From NCBI RefSeq assembly GCF_964204645.1, contig NC_134036.1, positions 1,798,001 through 1,862,000 on the forward strand: a stretch of 64,000 bases of DNA, read 5' to 3'. This DNA comes from Tubulanus polymorphus. Its lineage: Eukaryota; Animalia; Nemertea. The notes under the pieces are model-generated. The model worked only from the letters and a program-made list of their open reading frames with translations, was not told the origin of the DNA and did no database searches. The position numbers and the translations under genes are program-made. Below, piece after piece: positions 1 to 14,362 of this stretch (position 1 is its first letter; each line of letters opens with the position of its first letter).

Positions 1-1510
1 GACCGTTACTATATGTTGGGATAATACGAAACATTTGCAGCTGATGATGAAGAGACAACAAAAGTTTTTACAAAAATAAAATTGGACGAAATCTGTATCC
101 ATTCATTTTTTAAGCATTTGAAAATGCTTTTGATCCAGTGGAGGGATCGATCAAATAGGAAAAATAACTCAAAAAGTTAACTCGCTTTAAAGGTTCTTCT
201 TCGAATATTTCCATAAATACACGTTACGAATAGAATACGAATGTTATCGGTAGAAACTTCTGAAGAAAGCGTCTCGAGTAAAAAAAATTCCACGATCTTC
301 AAAAAGCTTTCGAAACTTTGGGCGCATACAACCTTTAGGGAAGCAAGCAACATTGACATTTCTATAGTCTTCTTATTACGAGACTTGAGACTTTTTAGGC
401 CACAAAGAATTCAAACTTGAATTCAATGACATTCGATAAGGGTAGATATGTAGGTCTTTTTATAACAAGACTCGAGACTTTTTGGCCACAAATAACTTCA
501 ATTCAATGACATTCGATAAGCGTAGTCACTTCTTCTGAGACCACCTTTGTCGCCGAGCACATTCAGCCAAGCACAAGACGCTGCTTGCCTGAATTCCTAT
601 TCGAACCATCGGAAAATATTGTCGTCGATATTTTGAATTTCTCCGCACGGACGCAGACGACGACGCAGAGAGCTATCTGTTCAATTAATATCAATACACC
701 GATCAGGCGATCACCTGGGAGACGATGACGCGTTACCGTGGCGACCGAGAAACAAAGGTAACCGGTAGACGGATGGACGGGCAGCGTTCTCCGTTCAGCG
801 GCACCGGTGGGGGATTTTTTGATATTTTAATTCATTGACGTTGTTCTTTACCTCGTAAATAATAGTTATCGACAAGGATTAAAAATGGCCACCTTCTCAA
901 AATTGATATTTCCATCTACTTATTCGTAATAATGAATAACAATTTAGCCATTCTTAAGACTAATTAACTCAAAAGTTGCGGCAACAACAGCAGCATATGT
1001 ATTTGTAAATCCTGGTTTAACACCAGGGATATATGCTACACTAATACCGCTTCGTAAACAAAATGGATAGAGGGCTCATCTTGCATTTGTTAAAGACAAG
1101 CTTCGGAAACTTAACCTTTGGGTCAAGTTTTATAATTTCAATTTTGCCACTTCAAACTTGGATTTTTTTGTGTTCACTATTAGTTAACACAAAAAAATCT
1201 GCTGTATTAATTGAGCAATCTTGTTTTGGGATGTCTAACCATGAAGAAATTCATGAACAAATAATTAACTAATTGTCATGAATTAACGTCGGTCATTAAC
1301 GTATATGGTGTAACACCGGTAGCTAATTAACTGAGCAATTAATGTTAATTACCTAATGAGCATTAATTAACATTAGCTACTACGGAAAACAATAATTAAA
1401 CAATAGACGAAATAACTAATATTCAAGCAAATAAATTAACAAGAAAAAGGTTTTTTGTAATGATCATAATAATAATAATAATAATAATAATTAAAAAGCG
1501 TTATCTCTAC

Positions 1511-1663
1511 CTGATCCTCAATATCCGTAGTTCCGTTCGTGCCATTATTCTCACACAAGGTGGCGTTACTGACAGTGGTGCCGGCTGTGTTGGCAGTGTT
1601 GGGGATGTGGTATGGTGGGTACGTGCACGGGCGCTTTGCAGGTGGGTATGGTGCACCACTTAC
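1511..1663 (-). CDS. Internal coding exon (153 nt, phase 0-0) of an unidentified gene: VSGAPYPPAKRPCTYPPYHIPNTANTAGTTVSNATLCENNGTNGTTDIEDQ
   Basis: Acceptor cactaattgtttttgcAG with CTAAT branch point; donor CAG|GTAGAG. Open 51-codon frame, GC-richer than its flanks, with an NLS-like PPAKRP motif. No domain recognised. Confidence 0.7.
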
Positions 1664-1682
1664 CTGCAAAAACAATTAGTGA
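1658..1682 (-). other. Candidate recursive splice site (3' splice site directly followed by a perfect 5' splice site)
   Basis: Minus strand reads CACTAAT-TGTTTTTG-CAG|GTAAGT. Confidence 0.55.
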
Positions 1683-1762
1683 ATAGCAGATAGTTTGTTT
1701 GTTTGTAAAAACTACGTTCATATATGATATACAAAGATATATCTATGAACCCCATTCAACAA

Positions 1763-1860
1763 GGCCCAGTTTTACACAAAAGGTTTACATCGATTTTTTG
1801 TTTTTTTTTTAAATCAAGCTGAATCGATTTGAGATTAGATCCCTTTTGTAAAACCGGACC
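1763..1860. mobile_element. MITE-like inverted-repeat element (about 100 bp)
   Basis: ggcccagttttacacaaaagg ... ccttttgtaaaaccggacc. Confidence 0.65.
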
Positions 1861-1926
1861 CGGAAGTCAGCTGCTCAACTGTTGGTTAAAGTAAACCATC
1901 TCTTAAATACGGCAGTTACAATGCAT

Positions 1927-2051
1927 AGGGGCTGCAGTTGGCCAAAAGTTTGTTACAAATAACCAGGGGATAAATACCATAGTAACAATGAACTTTTAAT
2001 TGTCACTTTGTCAACCTATCCACTGGTTAACCTTGACCAACTGCAGCCCCT
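1927..2051. mobile_element. MITE (possibly PIF/Harbinger-like) nested in a related older MITE (about 1868-2116)
   Basis: TIR aggggctgcagttggccaa / ttgaccaactgcagcccct; relatives at 18993-19226, 33255-33375 and 35700-35827. Confidence 0.75.
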
Positions 2052-5000
2052 GGTTTAATCGTCATGTCAACTAGCCAGTGGTTTACTTTCACCCGTATTT
2101 GAACAACTGCGTCCAGTAAAGATGACCTTTACCAAAAATCCCCAAGTGACATCACCAAATTACCGTTGAATAATGATGATGACGTGATAGGGGGAATGGT
2201 AGCTTCTAAAACATCTCCTTATGACATCACCATCAACCTCTACTTTAGTAATGGTGATGATGTCATAAGTGGATTTTGCAGGTAGTTATTCCCACCATGA
2301 CGTAATTCAAACTGCCATTAAGTGATTCAAAACGTTATCTACAATAAGTGTTGGCAATCAGTGATGTCATGGGGCTATTTTAAGGAAGACGCCATCTTTT
2401 ATTCTCGAATGAGGTTCATATGCAAATTACATAGCAGAGAAATGATAGTAATTGAATATTAGCATGCCTAATCAAGTGTGTGAATCCTTCTTAAATCAGT
2501 CATTTCTTTACCTAAAAACCCTTACATAAAAGATGACCATCTAAAAATCCCCCTATGACATCAACGGATTCGATCCTTAGAAAGCCATGTTTTCCATTAA
2601 ACGATCGAATCATCACCGGTATGACGCCACAGGCGGTATAAGGAGGCGGCCATATTTTATGGGATAGAGTTTTACAAAACCGAAAACCATCGATGGCAAA
2701 GAGTAGGGTCTACATGTCGGTACGTATCTTGGCTTGGCGCCCCGAGACGCAGTCCGGGAAGAGATATATTATCATCCTGTCCAAAGCCCCCGGAAATTCG
2801 TTAGATTCGAAAATAAACGTCCGCCTTTGTTGGCACCAAATGTAAAAAAACATCCTCGAATTGCTATTTTTTTCTAGATATTGTTTCCAAGGGCAGAATC
2901 GCCAAAGCACAGTTCCCCCTCACCCCTTTTAGCGGGATCTCGTAGGTAACGTGAGCACTTCCAAACCGAATGGACCGCGCCCAAGACCCCCAAAAACTAT
3001 GATTGCATATTGAATTCGTGCAACTACCACATCGAAATTAGAAACAAATTTAAAAAACTACCGACAACCAAAAATCAATAATACCGATTATCATAATATG
3101 CAGAAATACTAATATGTAACCAAAAAAAAAACATTCAAGGACAAAACGTGTTAACTAGAGCCCAGCAGGCGTATGCCACGATAGTAGCTGTGTTCGCCAC
3201 CAGGTGGCGTTGTGTGTAATCGGTGCGCGGATATGTAATCGATGCAGCGATAGAAGTAAACTAAAAATCACAACAGATACTTATTTTACGATGATAGCAG
3301 CAATAAAGTCTAACGTATCGATAGCCGTGGTATGAATGTTATTATGAGGATTGTAAAAGCAGAGAAATATAAATGATCGTTTTTTTATTTTTCATTTAAA
3401 AAAATTATGATTTAATATAAAAAATATTTCCTTTAAAAAACCTTCTTAGTCTTTTTAATTTTTAATTCTAATTTTTAAAAATAATTTTGATAATCATTTC
3501 ATTATTTCACCATCAATTTACTGTTCAATTGTTTTATAATGATTTTAATGTAGATATATTTTTTCCATAATTCATAATAACTGAATCGTAATCCAAAAAG
3601 TATTTTCAAAACTGGCCATTTTCAGTTCAGCAGCAGAATTTACTTAAACCTCCGAAGAAAATTCAAAGTTCAAGTCAATAAAACTTTTTTTTCTAAACAC
3701 CTATGGTGATTAATTTCTAACTTGTACTTTTTACAGTAGTTAAGATTTTATAACCAGGCTATATAAGAAAATATATTATTATTATTATTTTTATTATCGT
3801 TATTATTATTATTATAACATTTTCTGCGTACAGCGAATGAAATTATGCGCACAGCTCAAAGCGGCTCAATTAACATTTTCTAAGATTATCTAAACAAAAC
3901 TCATAAAGCGGTAAATTTACTATTATTTTGTATCTATAGCACATATTTAATATAAGTCCATATAAGCCACAGCCACTATACTATAAAACACACAAACAAA
4001 CAAATACAACACCATATTTACACGAACGAAAAGATTTTGAAGAAAAAAAATCTTTATTCGCCTCTGAAAACTGAGAAATCAATTGCGGCATTTTTTCAGA
4101 ACGCTCTTCTGAAAATTGGCACCAATGAAACACAAACATGTTGATTGAAATATTTTTTTCAAATGATATGAAATATGTTAAAAAATAATATATGATTTAT
4201 GTAATATACATTAAAAATTAACAATCCTAATGTTCTATTTACGAAACGTTGCAACATACATGATTTAAATCAATTTTATCGAAAATTGGCGTCGATGTCC
4301 GGATTATTTCTACGGTTATCATTGAAGTTATCCTCTAAGCAACGTTTAACAATAGACACGATGATAACCAGGAATGATAATCGTAGAAAATATGTCGCCT
4401 CCGAGTCACACATTTTACTTTCAGTTGAATTTTCATATTTTAAACTTTGATAAAGTCTATTTCCTTAAAACAACGTAAAATATTATCTCTCATTCGTGAT
4501 AAAGTATTTTACATTTTATATTTTGTCAGTCACATATTTTACTAATTCGCTGATACTGGGATATTCGATCACCCCATTAAACCTAGTTTTGAAGGCAAGT
4601 AGACGTTATATCTCTAAGTCTATAGTCTCGGGATGTCAAGCGGAGGTAGAGAGAGGAGAGGGGGATCTAGGGAAGAAGACATTCACCCAGTCCTGGAAGT
4701 GGGTGTATCATCCACAGCATTCTCTAATGTTCTAAGATCCTAATGTAACGAATACTAAGGAATTCTTGGCGAATTATTAGAAGGCGACGATTGATATAGA
4801 GTGGATCGAGAGAAAGAGCTGAAAGTTTGATGCAGGTGGGAGAGTCATAACAGTTTCCGATGAGAAGCTTAGATGTGGCGAAATGCGTTCCGAAAAGGAA
4901 ATTACCGACCATTTGACGTAAAGGGTCGTTATCGTCAACGGCAGCGGAAACACGTCGACTAGAAACCAGCGATAGCAACAGTAACAACAATCAAACTTAA

Positions 5001-6657
5001 TAACCCTGAGTATCGGCTTTACCCCCGGTTAATAACCCTGAGTATCGGCTACTCTCGGTTAACGTGTGTCTACCAGGAGTGCGTAATAACATTCAGTAGA
5101 GTGTGCAGTTGATAGGTGTAAATGAGAATGAGATTTGAATCATTGGTTTAAAAAATTCAATAGTCCTTAACTGTGCGAGGGCGAAGAAGGGACTCATAGA
5201 GAATTGGGAGTGAGAAAGAGGAGTGGGGAAGAGTGCAGAGAGAGAGAGAAAGAGGAAAGACTGGGAGAGTCGGGCTTGAAGAAGAGAGGAAGAGAGGAAC
5301 AGGAATTATTTATTTGAGGGTTGGATGAGGCCTAATCTTCGCGAGGTATTGGCTTATATCAACAACACCTAGGTTGGGCAAGCATCGAATAAGAAGAATG
5401 GGAGTTAATCGAAAATAACAGGGTCGATCGAAGATGTTCCGGCGCGGACCATGACTGTGACAACAATGTAAACCTATAATATGCGTGGGGTGAAAAACGG
5501 TTCACAGATGACATCGATTTAACCTGTATACTGACTCATCGAATGCTGCTACAGCCGCGGTGGTGGACGTCATTAAATTGTTAGAAAGCTAAGCCGCGAA
5601 GGCTTATCCATCGGGGACACATAATGGATGGCATAAGTGAATCTTGAGGCTTATCCCTTGATCGACGTATCAAGAGATCTGATCTGGTGAGAGGTAGGTG
5701 GAAGAAGAGAGAGAGAAAATGAGATATCGGGGATATCGATTGTTCGTTGGTAAACGCATGTTGAGATGATAGATTAATGAACCGGGGTGTTTGTATCAGT
5801 CATTAATTATTTGCTAATTAATTAATTAATTAATAAACCAGCAGTGAATAACGACAAGTAGAGACTATTATCCTCGCTCTCCTCCTTCTCTCTCACGCCG
5901 TGAGTCGAGTAATTAGTGATTATAAGAGGAGCAAAATATCCAACATGATATCTCAAGATATATATCTCAAATAAATCAGCAGTTTATAGAACGTTTTTGA
6001 TTTTTGTTTCAGACACAATTTTCTGTCTAAACCGTCCTGAATTTCAAAACTTCAAATGGCATTCGACGAGGAATGATTTCCTAGTACATTTGTAGCAAAC
6101 TGTACTGCACCACCAGATGGCGTTCCAGACAGTAGGACAAAGTCGATTCGAATCATCCAACCACATTTTCCATCGAATCACACTTATTTACACACACGGA
6201 CACAGTTATACATACGACAACTGAATAAACGACATTCTTCAACTTGAAACTATTAAAAATCGTACTAAATCCCATCGACGAATAATAAGTAATTTTCGTA
6301 ATTCATTTCTGTCGGATCAGATAAGATAGAGGGGGCGGCACTGAAATATATATATCCTTAATCGCATAGTCGATATTAACAGATCATATTGAATCCATTA
6401 TTCGAGATGAAAAGAGATTCGAATTTCGTCTGGTCGTCGCGTATGCGTCGGTTGCCATGGTTATACACGAAATCACGTGCACGTGTGGGAGACATGTTGT
6501 GATTGTGTCGTCTGAAACTTTTTCGTTGAGCGACGATTTCTTTTCGTTGGATTTTTTTGAGGATGAAAGGATCGAAATAGGGATTCTGATTATGGCAGAT
6601 GTGTGGGAGGGATAGAGAAGGAAGGCAGAGAACTGAATGACCGAGAAAACAGTGTAG

Positions 6658-6812
6658 CTAATCAGTTTTTGAAAAATGTGCTGATAAAAAGTCTAATATC
6701 TGGTGTTTGTAGTTCATTTTCAATTAGAAATGTCTCAGATGAAGCACTGAACACATGTGAAGTGTGGACGATCAGTTTTTGAAAGTGTGCTGATCAAAAT
6801 GTCTTATGTCTT
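6658..6812 (-). repeat. 109-bp minisatellite, about 1.4 inverted units
   Basis: Reverse complement of the unit. Confidence 0.88.
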
Positions 6813-7258
6813 TCAGTTAAAAATTCCCTATACACGATTAAAAATAGGAAGAGTGGTGATAAAATAGTGTAAGTATAAGTGATTTGATGGATACACACTT
6901 TGCGCCAGGTATAGAGTTTAATACGGCCCTGTTAGAGAGAGGTATCTACTACTATCGGAATTTGATACTACTAAATAGACCTGGGAAAGAATGTCACTCA
7001 CTGTTCTTTCAATGTAAGGTGACGTCGCAAAAAATGCTCAGCCACACTACTGTTATTACCTACAGAGTGAATTCCTTTTACGTTTTGATACTGAGCCGAT
7101 TCTTTTCACTACAAAGATCTCATCATCCAAATTCACTGAGATATACATGTAGGAATACGTTAGACGAGGAGAAATTGTAGTTCACCCGAAAATATCTAAT
7201 TAAGGATAAAATGTGATTTCATTTATCCTAAAATATGGATTATCGCTCACTCATTTAT

Positions 7259-7370
7259 TTGATTGGTAGATTTGGTGTCCGGTACAAACGGTCACACCTG
7301 CCGGGTACGAAACAGGCGGTTTGATTATCGGAAATCGAAATACAGAACAGATTATAGTCGAATGAGCTCA
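7259..7370. repeat. Dispersed repeat (other copies at 15056-15170 and 18545-18630)
   Basis: ttgattggtagatttggtgtcc..acaaac..ggtcacacctgccggg. Confidence 0.7.
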
Positions 7371-10300
7371 AATAAGGCTGAATATGGGGTCTCAAAATTA
7401 ACTTCTTTTCATATGACATGAAATTTGTAATCATCAAAACCCTTTGCTTCATTTAGCCTAAATTACAGGCAATGTTAGGCCTAAACTCAATCGATGATAC
7501 ATGAACAGGAAGAAAACGTCATTTTTAAGACCCCATTTTAGAGCAAAAAATTGGATGATCAGTCGAAGTTTAAAAAAAGCCAAATTATTCGAGAATTCGT
7601 TGCATTTTAAAGCCACAAGCCATATAGGAAGCAGGAACTGAATGTACACGGGATTGAGGTAAAGGTTCACAGGCAGCAGAACTATTGTTTGTAAAGCCTC
7701 ATCCGCCCTATACACTGTCGCCGTAGCTTGCCGACTTGCGAGGTCACAGTCTATTGAAATAAAATCTTTCTATTCTGATTATATCTGGCTCTCTCGTTCA
7801 CCGTGTCCCAAATTCACTCTATTATAACAATAAGACCCGGAATCTGAAGATGAATTGACTCTACGCACATGCACTAGTTAGTTAGTGTATGTATGTACAG
7901 TACATGGGTGTGCCTATGATACATTTCATAGGTGATAGAGTCGTCAAATCTCTCTCTCCCTTCCCTCATTCTCTCTCCCTCTCTCCGCCCCCTCATCGTC
8001 TCTCCTTTCTCCTCTCTCTCTTCCTCCTCTCCCCATCCCCTCCTTCCCTCTCTCCTCTTTCTCTTTCCATCTTCGCTCCTCTCTCTCTCTCCCCTCCTTC
8101 CTTCCCTCTCGCTCTCTCTCTCTCTCCCTCTCATGTCTCGCTCCTTCTTGAATTCAAAAAATTATAACTGACTTCCTAAGACTAATGATACATATGAATA
8201 TTGCCTCTCTCTCACCTCTCTATCTCCCCTCCTTCCCTCTCTCTCCCCCTCTCCCTCTCCTCGCTCCTTCTTGAATTCAAAAAATTATAGCCGACTTCCT
8301 AAGATTAATGATACATATGAATATTGTCTAAAATGTTAGATTTATAACATCTATCTCCCTATTGTCTATTAACTATCCCCCTAGTATAGTCTTGAAATCT
8401 AAATAAATGGAAGGCAGAGGAAATTATTTCTATAAAATGAACCAGTTTCACCACTTAAACTCGGCGTTATTTCACACCACGGTAATAATACAACTTACAT
8501 CGATGTCCGTCATTTTCCTTGTTGACAACGTATAATTACTGACGATAAGATAATCCTTCTTCACGGGAGATAATCCGTCGTTAATCCGTTCAGATTATAT
8601 TTCCTATATGCGTATACGAACCACGTGTTAATTAAGCGTTGAACAACTCTATACTGAGAACTCAACGCGAATTCTACGAAATAATGAAAAACTAACGTCT
8701 CTCTCTCCAGGTGATATATCGAACTCGTGTGATATAATCTCTCAAATTCGATCTCAAAATCTCAAAACTATCACACAAACGAAATCCGTATAAGCGATAT
8801 AATATCTCAATTCTCTCACACAGGTTACGAATGGACACACTGTTGCGTTTTAAATGCACCAAGTCCGATTAACGTGTTTACTACGGGTAAACAAATTCCT
8901 CAGTTCAAATATCGTACACACGATTTAAACCTATACACAAAACTGTATACACTGCCTACTTCGAAGACAGCCTAGGCAAGAATAGTCCACGTTATTGTTG
9001 TAGTGTGAAATCTTGACCTCTGAGTCCCGTCGCGAAAGTCGCTGGCTATTGGCTCGAACGGACAAAACGTCGAAGCTTCCCTTATCTAGAGACACGAAGA
9101 CGTGTAGGACAATAGACCGCGAAATCCAGCGCGCCAATGTGGTGGTCCTAGGTCAATTAACACATGCGATGTATATCGCGCCGTTTATAAAAACGGATAC
9201 TTTTATTCGCGAATGCTTTTCACACCTCTCACCAGGGGGCACTGGTCAAACAAAGGTGCCAGAAAGGTCTATATAGACGTGTATAATAAGTACATGTATT
9301 GGTATGGGCTTGTTAATAGAAGCGATCGTATCCCATTGCAAATTCTCGTAAATTCGGTTTTTGGAGTATTTGCTCCAAGACTCTGATGACATTTTGCTCC
9401 AATAGTTTAACTAATAAGATATAGTCGAAAGTAAATAATGTATTTTCTGCTATTTTCTAAAAGATAAATTTGATATTTTATAAATATCTTTACGACTCGG
9501 ACTAGAAGTTTTTCATCAAGGAATAATTTATGTCATTATTATCATTTATATTATAATTATTATCATTATTATCTCTCATATATCTTGAATATATCGCATA
9601 ATCTAAAATATTCCTGAACTGAATTTTCCTTTCGTTCTTTTTAGATTTGGGCAGCAAGAAATGTCTACAACTCCTTCCGCTGAATTAAAACTGACACATG
9701 ACATATGCTACAATTGGACGATTCAATAAATAATTAATTAACAATCCCTAATTAATTATCAACTCCCGGGCCAGGGAGTATATGAATAATAGATTTTTAT
9801 CGGCTCGATCGGGATTTAAATCGTTTGATGTCCGCGGATGCTATTAAGCAAACAGCATCTGTTGAGAAAATAGAAATACGATGTTGTTACTAGAATTAGT
9901 CAATTGTTCTCTTGATCTTCTAACTTTCAATGTTTACAAAGCGTAATAAAACCGAACACCAGTTAAAAGCCAAAATTTCCAAATCAAAATAGAAATTCTG
10001 TAAATTCGAAAGATGAAACCATAGGTAAAAATGCCCGGTGAAATTTGATCAAAGAGATATTCAGCAAAAGCCCTCTACAAACAGATCTTAAAGATTTAGC
10101 CATTCAACTTTTAAAAAAATTATCTTCCGAATTCTTCTCAGCAACAACAATGCCGTAATTTACGACTGTGTTACCAGGGTAATCGTGGTTGATTCTAGTA
10201 ACAGGTGCGATAAAGTTTGTATCAGTTTGCGCCGCCGAGTCCTTGCTATAAACAGTCGATCAGTCCTCCACATCTATTAGTTGTTTATGACACGCAAATT

Positions 10301-11917
10301 ATCATTACGCAAACATTTCTCAAAGTTTAGAAATAGTTACACAAGATTTAGAATCGGATTTCTGCTAAATCTAAAAATCGAAATTCGACCAGAGCCTTAG
10401 ACATTTCTAACACTGGGAATCTGATATTTCATTGAGTTAGATTTTTGAAAAGAAACGCAGATTTCATTGTCAAATCTACAGAACCGAACTTGGTACCCCC
10501 TGCCCGAATAACTTCATAGATATATGAATCTCAAACCCGCTGAGCGAGAAATGCAATAATTACTTTCCTTAAAATGCCCCCTGGTGTCACCTTTTCAAAC
10601 TATGATCTCATTAGTTACCGGCCAACAATTGAAAATCTAATAGTTCTTAGTATCTTAAGTATAGTGCGTTCTAAATTTAATTCATTTCACAGAAGGTGAA
10701 TACCGAGTCTAATATGTCAAACCACAGCGAGTGGGATTCCCTTTCAACAAATCTGGCAACCATTATAATTGGCAAAAGTCTATTTTTAGGTATTTGTATA
10801 ATCATTTTCCACAGTACTGTGCACGCAATGTCACCGGCGTCCCCCGTAGTGGAACGATCTATAATCCTGTCAGTGTTCTCCACGGTGACCAACTGTTTCT
10901 ATTATTGTAAATTTGAATGAGTATCGGTTCTAACGCAGATCCAACCCGCACTATTTCGATTCATGGTCGAGTTATGTATTTTTACTTGAAAAAAAAAACA
11001 CCATAATTTCTAGATCACCCCTTTGATAGCAACAGAGGAAGTTTAAACATTCAAAACCTAAAGCCTCAATAAATCAGAATATGTCCCATTACGAGCCTCA
11101 GTAACCAAAATGACCACCAGTGTATATACTATGTTCCCTCGTCGGCCTCATTTACAACTGGCCAGTTTTGTTCCATGCTCTTGGTGACCCTCGCTCCTAA
11201 CAATTCCATTGGGAGCCTCGTTAACTTCGGCCAATGACCCAGAGTCGTTCCATTGCGACACATTAGTTGCGTCACCTATGGACACCGCGCCGGGAGCCTC
11301 ACCCAAAATACAGAACCCAAACTCCACCTCAGAACAACAACCTGATATCAATTTTCATAATTTAGTTGTAACATTAGAATATTGCTAAAGTTAACTATAG
11401 GGATATAGTCTTGAAGTATTGAATGTTGAATAAGAATTCTTGCTCAAGGAAACATTTTCAGACTCTTGCATTTTCTCATTGTCGGATTTAACCTACAGAA
11501 GCTTATAGAAAGTCTTGAAATGAATATATAACTGGCTCTTGTGGATGTCATTTTGTAACCTAAGTAATTTCTTCTTCAAAAAATTCTTCGCAATTTTTTT
11601 TCAATTCACCATCGCGTGAGGGACGCCAAGAAGAGAGATAACATTCAGAAACGGTCACAGACTTGTTGGGGGGGGGGGGGTTAAGTATGGACAGAAATGA
11701 CGTCATAGTGAGATGATTGACAGCTTTGTGTGACACACATTTCATAGACACAACAAACCTCCATTTAAAAAACTTGTCATTCAAATTCTCTTTACAAGTT
11801 ATCATTCCTTTACAAATCTGTATAAACATGTTTAGCAGGGGATCTCGTTTTATATGGATTCCCTGGACTTGACTAGTAATAAGATGCATCATCAATATTT
11901 TCTATTATATATTTATC

Positions 11918-12474
11918 ATCCACACTTCACGTGTGTTCAGTGCTTCATCTGAGACATTTCTAATTGAAAATGAACTACAAACACCAGACATTAGACATTT
12001 TACCAGCACACTTTCAAAAACTGATCGTCCACACTTCACATGTGTTCAGTGCTTCATCTGAGACATTTCTAATTGAAAATGAACTACAAACACCAGAAAT
12101 TAGATATTTTATCAGCGCACTTTTACAAACTGATCGTCCACATTTCACATGTGTTCAGTGCTTCACCTGAGACATTTCTAATTGAAAATGAACTACAAAC
12201 ACCAGATATTAGACATTTTATCAGAGCACTTTCAAAAACTGATCGTCCACACTTCACATGTGTTCAGTGCTTCATCTGAGACATTTCTAATTGAAAATGA
12301 ACTACAAACACCAGACATTAGACATTTTATCAGCACAATTTCAAAAACTGATCGTCCACACTTCACATGTGTTCAGTGCTTCACCTGAGACATTTCTAAT
12401 TGAAAATGAACACAGACATCAGACATTAGACATTTTATCAGCGAACTTTCAAAAACTGATCATCCACACTTCAC
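11918..12474 (+). repeat. 109-bp minisatellite array (about 5 units)
   Basis: Unit aaaactgatcgtccacacttcacatgtgttcagtgcttcatctgagacatttctaattgaaaatgaactacaaacaccagacattagacattttatcagcacactttca. Confidence 0.95.
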
Positions 12475-13697
12475 TATAAGATATTTTTATGTGATCATTA
12501 TGTTTTGTTAGAAATTGAAAAATATGAAACTCATACATTTTTACTATCATCGTATAGAATTTAAACGCCTTTCAACACAAAGCGAAATGGTCCGTAAAAT
12601 TTCCGAAGCGAATTCGTTTATTGCAACAACAACAGAATTATTAAATACAAATGTTTATATAGTTGTACGTATTGTTGGGACATATTGTTGTACGTTTTAA
12701 TAAAAAGCACTACAATTTCTACAAAATAGAATTTAATTCGAATTTTTGTTTTCATCTATTGTCAAACGAAATACACTCATCCATATTGGATGAATTGAAT
12801 TCTAAACAGACGCGGGAAATCATTCACCGATTGTTGAATAAAAACTGCCATTTCATAGAATTTTGTTCCTTGTTGCGTTTTCTGCACATTATATTTTTCA
12901 ACAATAAGCACGAAAGCAAAACGTCGTAACCATGGCGGAACATGAGTTTTAGATGGATAGATAGACTACAGGCGACAGGCTATGTATATGCGCGTGCGCG
13001 TGTGTGTACAACAGTACAATTAGCACAATTAGAAAGGGCTATTAAATAGTTTCCCATAAAAAACTCGGATTAGACGCAGCAGCCGGTGCAATCAAATCTC
13101 AAATGGAAATGCCGCGAATGTCTTTCGGTGTCGTTCCATCCGCGAAAAACTAATTGATTAAAATAGAAAATGGGGTTCCATCGGGTCAAATCGTGGCCGA
13201 TTCTGTGCCAGACCTTTTAAGCAAAAATACAAACGGTCCTATAGACATTGCTGCTATATTCTAGCGCTAAGCTAAAACTTCTATCTACGCGAAACTGATT
13301 CACACGATCAAAGCAGGATTAGGCATAAAATGACAGTCTAATAGCAGCCCCTATAACATAAAACTGAATATGCAAAATCGAAACAAAAAAAAATTAAAAT
13401 TGTAGATATTTAGTAAATGTACCAGGCGGTATATATGTAAGGATGGTATGTAGATAGATAGGTCGGTGTTGCGACAGCTTGATCATGAATTTTCAAAAAC
13501 GATTCATTTTCATATTCATGACGGTCGATTTCGTGCATGTAAGATACATACTTAAATACCCCCGATATGAGTCATATTGTAACGTGTTGTTGGTAGACTG
13601 TTAAAAAGGGCTGGCGTCGTGTGTGTGAGTGTGTGACAGGATTCTGCTGCTGGTGCTATATAAACGTAGATACAAAAAGCTCGGTTCATAAAGTTTA

Positions 13698-14362
13698 ACT
13701 ACGATGACAACCTTCTCAATGTCTTCAACGGTTCAGTAAAACTATGATTAGTTACTAATGACGACCTTCTCATTGTCGATAACTTCAACGATTCAGTAAA
13801 ATTATGATTAGTTACTAATGACGACCTTCTCATTCTCGATAACTTCAACGATTCAGTAAAATAATGATTAGTTACTAATGACGACCTTCTCTTTCTCGAT
13901 AACTTCAACGATTCAGTAAAATTATGATAAGTTACTAATGACGACCTTCTCATTCTCCAGTGACTTCAAATGATTCAGTAAAAGTATAATTATTTTATTA
14001 GTTACTAATGGCGACCTTCTCATTCTCGATAACTTCAACGATTCAGTAAAATTATGATTAGTTACTAATGACGACCTTCTCATTCTCGATAACTTCAACG
14101 ATTCAGTAAAATAATGATTAGTTACTAATGACGACTTCTCATTCTTAATAACTTCAACGATTCAGTAAAATTATGATTAGTTACTAATGATGACCTTCTC
14201 ATTCTCAATAACTTCAACGATTCAGTAAAATTATGATTAGTTACTAATGATGACCTTCTCATTCTCAATAACTTCAACGATTCAGTAAAATTATGATTAG
14301 TTACTAATGACGACCTTCTCATTCTCAATAACTTCAACGATTCAGTAAAAATTGTGATTACC
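13698..14362. repeat. 60-bp minisatellite (about 11 units)
   Basis: Unit gttactaatgacgaccttctcattctcgataacttcaacgattcagtaaaattatgatta. Confidence 0.95.
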
